Assembly: GCA_951406725.2 (NCBI GenBank)
Contig: OX597836.1
Coordinates: 45,632,001-45,696,000 of the forward strand
Reading direction: 5' to 3'
DNA: 64,000 bases
Source of the DNA: Octopus vulgaris
Taxonomy: Eukaryota
The notes below the pieces were generated by a model, which worked only from the letters and a program-made list of their open reading frames with translations, searched no databases and was not told the origin of the DNA. Shown one piece after another: positions 53,222 to 64,000 of the stretch. Position 1 is the first letter of the stretch. Every line of letters starts with the position of its first letter. The position numbers were made by a program, and so were the translations under genes.

Positions 53222-53733
53222 TTCCTTCTCGAGCCACGCCTGGCTCATAAGGGCCGGTTTCCCGGTTTCCTTGGCTTATAGGTTCCCCACCTGGACGGGA
53301 CGCCGGTCCGTCTCACAGGTGAGCTGCAAGATGCAGGAGGAAAGAGTGAGAGAAAGTTGTGGCAAAAGAGTCAGCAGAAGTTCGCTATTACTTTCTGCCG
53401 GAGCCGTGTGTAGAGCTTAGGTGATTCGCTCATAAACACACACATCGCCCAGTCTGAGATTCGAACGCGCGATCCCTGCTCTAACCACTAGGCCATGTGC
53501 CTCTACTCTTCGAGCCATGCCGGGCTCATAAAGGCCGGTTTCCCGGTTTCAGTGGCTTAGAAATTCCCCACCTAGACGTCGCAGGATTACTCACTTTTGC
53601 CAGCTGAGTGGACTGGAGCAATGTGAAATGAAGTGTTTTGCTCAGGAACACAACGTGTCGCCCGGTCTAGGAATCGAAACCACAACCTTACGATCATGAG
53701 TTCAACACCCTAACCAATAAGCCACGCGCCTCC
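53222..53733 (-). mobile_element. two tandem tRNA-derived SINEs (family B-related)
   Basis: two heads ending gcctcta/gcctcca; shared ggctcataagggccggtttcccggtttc. Confidence 0.8.
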
Positions 53734-54422
53734 ATATGTATATTATAGTCGATCTTATATATAAGCTCTACTTGTTGGTATCGGCTCCAGTTGTTGGTAG
53801 TTGAAGAAGGAAAAGTGAAATGCCTCCACTTGAGTGTGGAATGTAAAAGAATGATAGATGTGTGGAGTGGAGGAATAGAAATGTGTGTTTTATTAGTGAA
53901 ATGATTGTGAAAATTGAAGAATGTAACTTTTCTAAGTCTTGATTTTCAAATGATTGACAACACTGCTTTATAGAAGAGGTAAGGTGTCGAAATGCTATAT
54001 TCTTAATTTCTAGCCTCAACTGAACTTAAAGCCTTCTAGAACGGGACCATGATCCAATCAAATCTCATATTAAAAAAGGGAGGCTGATCTCCGTCTGTCT
54101 GCCTGCTCGTAACAATATCTGTGTAGAGAGAGGGAACAAAGGGAAGAGAAAGAAATACAGTGAGAGAAAGAGAGAGAGAGAGAGAGGAGAGAGAGTGTGT
54201 TTATGTGTGCGTGTATGTGTGTCTGTATGTGTGTGTGAGGGAAAGATAGACAAATAAGTAGCATTGTCACTTTAGTAACTAAAATTTTGCTTAAAAACGC
54301 GGGAATTTTAAGTGAAAGTCTGTCAACATAACACAACACAAACTTTAAAAATTATATATATATATATATATATTTGTTGTTCAAGATTTTTATGTAAAAT
54401 CGTGTGTTGAAACAGATATATA

Positions 54423-54823
<401 letters not shown>

Positions 54824-54937
54824 ATATTTCGGAATGGTCATTTTGCTAGTTTAGCCAATAAAAACACACGCGCTATATATTTGGTGTTATTTTGCTTCAG
54901 TGTTATTTATTTTTCACATTAATCTTAATCTTATTTC

Positions 54938-54981
54938 GGCCAGAGTTCTTTCGTCACACTCCTGTGACCGCATCAGTGGTC
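54938..54981 (-). ncRNA. variant hammerhead motif (A9 to C)
   Basis: GACCA-CUGAUGC-G-GUCACA ggag UGUGAC-GAAAG-AA-CUC-UGGCC. Confidence 0.5.
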
Positions 54982-55295
54982 CTTTGTTTTCTTCTTTCTT
55001 ATTTGTGTCTCTCCTTACTAACCGTCAGCCATTTTGTATTTCTATTGTATGTCTTCATTTGCGCACGTTTATGTCTCTATGTGCGTCTATGTTTATTTAG
55101 TGTGTGTGTGTGTGTGTGGGGGGGGGGGTTGAATGCCTGTAATATTTGTATCTTCTGTTTATATACGTTCATGTAATTTGTTTTTGTTGTTGTTTTTGTT
55201 TATTCTTATTTTCATGTGTTTACATCCACTTATTATTATCATTACGTATGCTTGGCTTGTATGTATGTATGTATGTATAACAACAATACTAATAC

Positions 55296-55380
<85 letters not shown>

Positions 55381-55947
55381 AAAATCTTTTAAATTAAAAA
55401 AACAAAACTTATATAGTTATTTATTTCTATTTGTTTATTTATCTGTGTATTTTATTTACTATGTTTTCGGTTTTGTTTATATATTGTAACCAGTTTATGG
55501 GGATCCTCTACCGTCATATGTTGTGGTATGTGCTAGTGTTCCATTCCAGTTTCCTATTCAGGCTAGGTTTATCTTCTATTATGTGTGTAGCTTCTGTAAT
55601 TTGTCTGATTGTTGCATCTGTTCTATGTGTGGACAATATTTTAACTTTTATGTTGTTGATTAATCCCTCGTGTTTCTGTAACAAGACAACGACATACGTG
55701 GGGGAAACGGCACGAAGCATAGGAGAGCGGGTAAATGAACATTGGAGAGAACTTAAGAAAGGTAAAAGCTCATCGATTCTGTACCAACACGTCGAACAGA
55801 AAGATATTCTCGAGTGAAAATAATTGTTGTATTAAAAATATATAAATAAATAAATATAAATATGTATAAAAATATATGTAAATATATATAAGTATAAATA
55901 TATAATGTATATGACAGTTTAAATGTTTTGAATTAATTATTTAATGC

Positions 55948-56037
55948 ATCTTACGATCGTTTCGCAGAAGAGTTGTCCCTATAATGAAATCCTATATTGA
56001 TAAGAATTTATAGACAACTCTTCTGCTCTTCAGAGAT
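55948..56037 (-). ncRNA. type I hammerhead motif with 14 bp perfect stem II
   Basis: AUCU-CUGAAGA-GCAGAAGAGUUGUC...GACAACUCUUCUGC-GAAAC-GAUC-GUA-AGAU. Confidence 0.88.
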
Positions 56038-56669
56038 ATAAAAAAATGAATTTTTGTATAACATATCGAATGATATTTTAAAAAAAAATTTGAAGTAAAA
56101 CTGTAAAATGGTGTTTGTTTGAAATGTAAAATTAAAATTAAAAATTACTGCTTCTGATGAGAGTCTTTAAATCCTTATATATTTCCTTGGTTATTCTTCT
56201 GCAATAATCCATAATATTCATATGTAAAACCCATTATATTATCTTGTATTCTAAATATAGTTCATATAGTTAGTTTAGAAATGGGGAATTTGCATTTACT
56301 TTAGTATGAGAATCTTGAAATTCATATGTCTTCTTGGTAATTCCTCTGTAGCAATCCATAATAGTTTTGTATAAAATTCATTATATTTTCCGGTAATCCA
56401 AATATAGTTCATAATACAAAATCAAATTATATTTTAAATTATACGCGAAGTTATAAAATAATTTTATAACTTGCTACAGAGGAAGTACCAAGACAAAAGT
56501 ATTATGGATTGCTACAGAGGAATTACCAAGAAGGCATATGAAGGCAAATTTCCCCCGATTCATTCATTTTATTCCATATCAAAAGTTAATAATTATAAAT
56601 GTTTGAAATTTGATATCACAATTTCTCAAAATATAAGGTGCATCTAAAGAGTTTATATTTAATAATGAT

Positions 56670-56877
56670 TTCTACTGAAGGCACAAGGCTTGAAACTTTG
56701 TGAGAGGGGACTAGTCGATTACATCGACTCCAGTGTTCCACTGGTACTTAATTTATCGACTCCGAAAGAATTAAATGGAAAGTCGACTTCTGTGGAATTT
56801 GAACTCAGAATGTCATAGCGGACGAAATGCCGCGAAGCATTTTTGCTTGGCGTTTTAACGATTCTGCCAGCTCGCCG
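56670..56877 (-). mobile_element. SINE family C
   Basis: match to 34996-35225. Confidence 0.8.
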
Positions 56878-57507
56878 TTTTGATGTATATTTAATAATAT
56901 TTGCAATTATATGATGAATAGGTAAGTTTGGTATTCTACCATTTTCCAATTGCTGATTCTAGGATGTGTACAGTATCGTAGACAGGTTTCGAAACACGTA
57001 CCAGTATATCTAAAATATACAGGGAAGTAAGCTACCGACTCATGATTACTGACGGTGGTATATATTTACAATACATGTGCACCATGTTGTAATTGGATTT
57101 TCGTGGTAATCGTCATAAAATCCTTTATTCTTGCTTGTACACATAATAGAGAGCTGGATTTGAAACAGGAACATGATTTCTAAACTAAAAGCTAACAACT
57201 TTCGTAAGTAAGACGCCTGAGAATGAATCATGTTCAAATTGATCTATGAATGAAAATACTGTAAATGTACGTTCTAAAAATGATTTTTTCGCTGAAAAAA
57301 AAAAAAAAAAAATAAAGTATTAAGGTTAAACATGCCATGATTTGAAACTAGCCTCAGGTTCAATGCTTTAGTCCAGTATGTGAGTTGTTTCATATAAACA
57401 TAGATATAACAGAAGTAAATAGACATCGTTTATTATAACTTGTAAAGGTTTATATTCTTTATTAATTGACATTTTTATATTTTAGGTTCTATATGTGACA
57501 GTTTAAT

Positions 57508-58740
57508 TATGCCATGTACAAAAAGAAGCTTTGAAACTGTCTGAATTTGAAAGAGGCCGCATTGTAGGTCATTCTGAAAGCGGACATTGACAGCGTATAA
57601 TCGCAGAAAACCTTGGGATCCCGCTTTATCTTCTATTATGTGTGTAGCTTCTGTAATTTGTCTGATTGTTGCATCTGTTCTATGTGTGGACAATATTTTA
57701 ACTTTTATGTTGTTGATTAATCCCCCGTGTTCCTGTAACAAGACAACGACATACGTGGGGGAAACGGCACGAAGCATAGGAGAGCGGGTAAATGAACATT
57801 GGAGAGAACTTAAGAAAGGTAAAAGCTCATCGATTCTGTACCAACACGCCGAACAGAGGGGAAGGAGTTCACATCAGCTTGTCCAAATCAACCAGGGCCC
57901 TCTGACAGGACCCTTCTCTTTGTGAGGAGAAGTGTGGAGGATAATCCTCGTTGCAAGGCCTCTGACATAGCAGAACAAGTTGATGTCAGTCCCAGAACAG
58001 CTGTCAGGTATCTCCACAAAATTGGTTACTATGGCAGAGCAGCAAGAAAGAAGCCACTTCTTCGACCAACCAACACCAAGCGGAGAAAAGATTGGGCCAC
58101 TGAGATAGTGGAGAGGCCAATAGTATTTTGGGGCGCTGTCATAGTCTCTGATGAGTCCAGGTTTGCTGTATTTCCTGACAGTGGTTGAGTGTGGGTCTGG
58201 AGACTGTGATCAATAATTTAATGTGTAAAGATTGTAGCCAACAATGAAACACAACAGTTATTCTACGATGGCCTGTGTGTGTGAGGGAAACATAAACTCA
58301 AATAAATATTTGTCCACATTGCGGAAAGGACTCCTTCCAATCTTCTCCAGTGGTGAAATGATTAAACAGGACTCTTTATTTATGGAAGATGGAGCTCCTT
58401 GCCACAAATGACCCAAGATTTGTTGAATGAGAATGACATTAAAAAGCATCTATGGCCAAGCAAGTTACCAGATATGAACTCTATTGAACACTTCTGGGAC
58501 ATAACGAATAGGTCACTTCATAGAAAGAACAAGAAAGCATCTTCAATGTCAGATCTTTTGAGATTACTGCATGAAACTTGGCAAGAAATTCTGCAATCAA
58601 ATATTTATAATCTGATCAGTAACAAGCCCAATAGGGTCCTTGCATTGAAAGATGCAAAGCATAACAAATGCCTAACCGGTAAAAAGAACTTTCACCTAAT
58701 TAAATACACTCTCCCTTACTTAAATTATTTTGTCAGCATT
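57508..58740 (+). mobile_element. Tc1 transposase remnant
   Basis: LSEFERGRIVG, AARKKPLL, SDESRF, FMEDGAPCH, WPSKLPDMNSIEHFW. Confidence 0.88.
57625..57857. repeat. ~232 bp copy of 55568-55800 embedded in the Tc1 ORF
   Basis: 3 substitutions by eye; same inversion junction. Confidence 0.9.
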
Positions 58741-58756
58741 TTCTTCATTTCCTTTT

Positions 58757-58850
<94 letters not shown>

Positions 58851-58853
<3 letters not shown>

Positions 58854-59117
58854 AGTCGGAATGGCCCAGTGGTTAGGGCAGCGGACACGCGGTCGTAGGA
58901 TCGCGGTTTCGATTCCCAGACCGGGCGTTGTGAGTGTTTATTGAGCGAAAACACCCAAAGCTCCACGAGGCTCCGGCAACGGGTGGTTGCTGTATTCTTT
59001 CCCCACAACATTCTCTCACTCTTTCTTCTGTTGGCCTGCTCGCTTTTGAAGGCTAAAAACAATGCGAAGCGCATTGTGACCAGCGATGTGTAGCAACATC
59101 TGGTCACGGTGGTCACG

Positions 59118-59122
<5 letters not shown>
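58851..59122 (+). mobile_element. SINE family B variant
   Basis: tRNA-like head atggcccagtggttagggcagcgga. Confidence 0.85.
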
Positions 59123-59162
<40 letters not shown>

Positions 59163-59520
59163 CATCTAGAAGAAGGTGTTTCATTTGTATTCACCAAAGT
59201 GTATATGGAACTTTGCCCAGGAGGAACCGATATCATCAGACGGTATCCAACGATCATCGGGTGTTTAGATCCTAAACAGTGACACACTCCCATTGGTGCT
59301 TCTGCAAAGGTGGACAGATCATTGCTCAACATTTACCGGTTTCCCGCTTCACGCCTCTATGTTGCTCCGTAACCAGCAAGAGGCTCTGCCTGCTGTCTCT
59401 CCCATCCTGCGCTCACCTGCCCTTCGCTCTCTTCCTCTCATTCCAACACCTGTAATCATCCTCCATATTGACAGGGTGAAGAATCCCCTACAACCAATCT
59501 CGATTGGAAATATATATATA

Positions 59521-59878
59521 CTAGCAGTATCGCCCGGCGTTGCTCGGGTTTGTTTCGACCCGCTGGAATTGTGATTTTGAAAAGTAAAAATTTTGTGAAC
59601 ATTTTTCTGGTCGAAATACACCGAAAAGTGGCGACACAGCAGTGAAAAAATCGTAAAAAATAGGGATTTTCATAGAAAAAAGCAGCTTTTTGATGTAAAT
59701 AAATTTTGGTGTTAACATGGTCCGATTTGAATTTTATGTTCAACGGAAGGAAGAGCAACCCTTCTTCTATCATACTCTCAATTTTGGTCAACTTGAGCCG
59801 CAGGGTCTCGGAGGAGATAGTGTTAGTTGAAGGTTACCAAACGTGGCGCACACAGACAACTTCAGCTTTATATAGAGA
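59521..59878 (-). mobile_element. 358 bp non-autonomous Helitron
   Basis: minus A^TCtctatataaagctgaagttg ... cccgagcaacgccgggcgatactgCTAG^T. Confidence 0.85.
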
Positions 59879-61641
59879 TAATACACACACATTAATACAC
59901 ATGCATAGACACACACACACATGTATGTATGGATGTATATATGGGTACTTGTATCGCAGAGTGGTCCCGGTTGCGCACACGTGGACTCGCGCGTGCGCCC
60001 GAGCCAGACGTAGGTACTCGATACTCGATCGCCCTTAAATAATTACTTTTTTTTTACAGAAACGCGAACGTATATAACGCGCAAAATTATTCCGTAGAAT
60101 TTATCAAATTAAATAACGCAAAATTAATATATTTTTTGAAATTGCAAATTATTTAGAATATAAAAATCTGGCTGCTATTTCTAGGTGCCTGAGTAACAAC
60201 CTCGCGGATTTACAGATAAATGAATTAATTACTATTTTACAGAATAAAATTAATGAATTAATTATATAAATTAAATAATTCTTGAAAATTAATTAATATT
60301 AATAATATTTTTTGAACAAAGTAAATAATTTTTAAAACTTAAATAATAATTTTTTTTTACACAAACGCGAACGGGGAAAAGGGGGTGGCGAATTCGATTT
60401 TTTTATTTTCGTTGAATGAATTGAATGAATAGAAAAAATGTATAATATATGTTGTACATACCTTAATTTCTTCTTTTTCATGACATTGTAGCAAAATAGT
60501 AGTGAATTATATAAATACCAGCAGTACATTTTTTTTTCTGCGGTATTTGCTTTCAACCTCGTCACATATTTGCACCTTTCAATTTAAACAAAGTCTTAAT
60601 TAAGCAATTACGGCAGCTTAGCAATGGTTTCAATACAGGCGTGACATCTGTATCTCAATTGTTCAAAACCCTTCGAATTTTTTCGCACGTGATGATATCA
60701 TAGTGAAAACTTTCAATTACGCGCGCTTAGAAGTACGCTCGCCAATTAATACTACCAAAATTTTGAAGTTCGCGCTCCGCTTGTGTGTGTGTGTGTGTGT
60801 GCGTGCTTTAGGTGTACGTAGGTATGTGTTTTTGTGTGTGTGTGTCACTGAAGCCATACATACATATATACATACATAACCTCTCTCTCTTTTCTCTCTC
60901 AGTCACTCACTACAAAAAGTGAATAAAAAAAGTTCAGTCATCTCTGTCTTTCACTCTCTCTGTCTCTTTACACACACTAACAAAAGCACTTCACTTACAC
61001 ACCACACTTTCTGTGTCGCACAACCCACCAAACACACACACACACACACACACACACTCACGCACGCACACATGTACATCAATGCTTTCGGAGTGAAATG
61101 TTAAAATATTGAGTTTTCTCGAATTTTGTCTTAATTGGAGGTAAAATTGAAAGAAATTTTGTATGGCATGACCCAATGGAAGTACTTTGAAAAATCATGG
61201 GTAAACTCTAATTGAAGAAATTGTGTGAGGAGTAAATCGTTATGTATTTATTTGTTTCTGTTTGCTGTGTTATTTTTTTTTTAGTAGTGGTTTAAGGTAC
61301 AATTCTCTCGTTTTATCAGTTTCACTTTAATCGTTGCAAACTTGCAAAGAGAAAGTCGTAGAAATTAGAGTGATAGCGTGAGTGAATCAGATCGCTCCGT
61401 TTTTGTGTGTGTGTGTGCGTGTGCTATAGCCCACACTAAGAAAAGCACTTGACTCACATACCACAATGTGAGTTTTCTCTAAATTTTGCTTAATTGGGGT
61501 TGAAATTTTAAAAACTGGACCTGGCATGACCCGATGCATTCTACTCTTAAAAATGCTAGGTAAATTGTAATTGAAGAAATCCTATATTGTAGATTTCTAT
61601 AAGAGACAAAGGGAGGCAGATAAAATCTGCCTTTTATAATA

Positions 61642-61678
<37 letters not shown>

Positions 61679-61700
61679 CAACAGGATATCCAGAGGTAAT

Positions 61701-61776
61701 GCAGTACGATCGTTTCAAGCGACTCCATTTAATGGAACAATGCAACCAATATCAATGCAGAGCAATCCTCAGCTAC
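61701..61776 (-). ncRNA. hammerhead motif, stem II base degenerate
   Basis: GUAG-CUGAGGA...GAAAC-GAUC-GUA-CUGC. Confidence 0.6.
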
Positions 61777-61802
61777 ATAAATACATAGAATTAAATTAAA
61801 TT

Positions 61803-61857
<55 letters not shown>

Positions 61858-61882
61858 CTATCTATATATATATATATTTTTA

Positions 61883-61913
<31 letters not shown>

Positions 61914-62164
61914 AGTATATTTTATAGCAAACTGTTAACTTTCAAAGCACAAACGAAAACTTTCGTGTGAAAATGTGACATGCTCCCTCGACTATTTGGT
62001 GTAAAACTCACGTTGTAAATATACACGCAATTGTTTTTAAACGAAAAGATATGTGTTATGTGCGAACATATTTTTGTATCTTTATTTTCATACATTTAGA
62101 TATATAATAGAAATACTTACCTACTGTGCTGAAGTGCTGAAAAGTAAAACTTACTGTATTCGAA

Positions 62165-62250
<86 letters not shown>

Positions 62251-62478
62251 TGTATGTATGTATATTCCCATTTTTTGTGGTTATAGAACTTAGCTGTTCT
62301 TTCTAGCGCGTAGAATCCCTATAAGTGAATTCTCTATGTCTTTAAATATACACTATATCGTATGACTAATATATAGTCTTTTTGACTAAAATTTTTTACG
62401 CGTTAGACCACTGGAAATGTAAATTTTATTTGAATGTTTTTAATTTTAATTAAATTCCATTTCCCTTTGATATGATTG

Positions 62479-62520
<42 letters not shown>

Positions 62521-62525
<5 letters not shown>

Positions 62526-62541
62526 TTACCTCTCTGTGTGA

Positions 62542-62589
<48 letters not shown>

Positions 62590-62610
62590 TCACACAGAGA
62601 GGTAAAACAA
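62521..62610. repeat. perfect 90 bp palindrome centred on (TA)23
   Basis: ttgttttacctctctgtgtgag-(TA)23-ctcacacagagaggtaaaacaa. Confidence 0.92.
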
Positions 62611-62679
62611 CGGTGAAGGTATTAGAGCTTGTTCAATGTGCCGCATAGGTATGAGAAATAACTCAAATGGGGTTTAAAG

Positions 62680-62761
62680 TTTTCGACAGCTGTTCCGGTG
62701 GAATTTTGTTGATGTATCTGTAGACTACATCATAGAATATTATCCACCGTCTTCAGGTAAA
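62680..62761 (-). ncRNA. degenerate hammerhead motif
   Basis: CUGAAGA-CGGUGGA...UCCACCG-GAAC (one A short)-AGCU-GUC. Confidence 0.6.
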
Positions 62762-63109
62762 ATTTTAAACAGGTATAAATAGAAGTGATAATAACTTGAT
62801 AATGAATCCAAGTAAGACTTTGCGTAAGTGGTATTTTATGAAATAACACTCGAATTTATTGAGAAAGCAGGAGTGTCTGTAAGGGACATGCAAGAAGCAA
62901 GGGGATCAAACGACTCTATTATTTGAAAAACAGTTATCTTAATTAGTTTATTAGCCAAACAGGATATGAGGACGTAGAAAGGACACAGACAAGCTATAGC
63001 CAATAAATGTCTCATAGATCATTAAAGCCCAGAAGGAAAACACCAGACTTGCAGAAAGTCGTAAAACTGTTATCACTTTTTCTCGCACATACACACTCAC
63101 ACATGCATA

Positions 63110-63153
<44 letters not shown>

Positions 63154-63271
63154 CATATACATAAACACAGATATTATACACACATACACACGTACACTCG
63201 CATGCGTGTACGTACACATGTATATATGTATACACGTATACATATACACATATACACTTAGAGCCATATAT

Positions 63272-63695
63272 ACTCTTTTAGTCTTTTTACTCTTTTACTT
63301 GTTTCAGTCATTTGACTGCGGCCACGCTGGAGCACCGCCTTTAGTCGAGCAAATCAACCCCGGGACTTATTCTTTGTAAGCCCAGTACTTATTCTATCGG
63401 TCTCTTTTTGCCGAACCGCTAAGTGACGGGAACGTAAACACACTAGCATCGGTTGTCAAGCAATGCTAGAGGGACAAACACAGACACACAAACACATACA
63501 CACACATACATATATACATATACACATATATACGACTGGCTTCTTTCAGTTTCCGTCTACCAAATCCACTCACAAGGCATTGGTCGGCCCGAGGCTATAG
63601 CAGAAGACACTTGCCCAAGATGCCACGCAGTGGGACTGAACCCGGAACCATGTGGTTGGTTAGCAAGCTACTTACCACACAACCACTCCTGCGCC
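63272..63695 (-). mobile_element. SINE family A, full length
   Basis: consensus match. Confidence 0.92.
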
Positions 63696-64000
63696 TATAT
63701 ACAGAACACTGTAAAAGACTCTTACTTTTTTTCTTATACACTGAAATCATTCACAAAAAATGAACATTGTATTCTAACCCAATTTTTCTCTTTTTTTTTT
63801 GTTTAAAAAAAGAACTTTCACCTAATTAAATACACTCTCCCTTACTTAAATTATTTTGTCAGCATTGTTTTCATTTCCTTTTTCATATATATATATATAT
63901 ACTTATATAAACTATATAGATATAAACTAAATAATATAATGTAAAGAAAGATATATAAGACATAGGAACAGCGTAGATGAATAACAGAAGGTAGACAAAT

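Noticed and set aside
56950-57005. GAAAC-AC-GUA motif; also an isolated CUGAUGA at 56154
   Set aside because: No matching partner box or stem I

Overview
This is a repeat-saturated, AT-rich eukaryotic intergenic or intronic window. The SINE families and (TA)n/(TAA)n/(TACA)n load suggest an octopus (coleoid) genome; that assignment is inference. No host protein-coding exon is supportable: every recognisable ORF is a decayed transposable element (R4/Dong, RTE, CR1/L2-like and L1/Tx1 LINEs; Penelope GIY-YIG; Gypsy; Helitron; Tc1/mariner; hAT) or a microsatellite artefact. Two things stand out. (1) There are about 15 type I hammerhead ribozyme (HHR) motifs, intact to degenerate, of the form stem I-CUGANGA-stem II-GAAAC-palindromic stem III-GUH-stem I. 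They sit in non-coding Penelope-like elements next to (TA)n tracts. In four elements they form inverted sense/antisense pairs, and several carry unusually long 50-90 nt stem II inserts. (2) A near full-length U6 snRNA retrocopy is fused to the 3' tail of a local LINE family (a U6-LINE chimera). An empty-site paralog of its target lies about 670 bp away. Coordinates were read by eye and TE boundaries are approximate.
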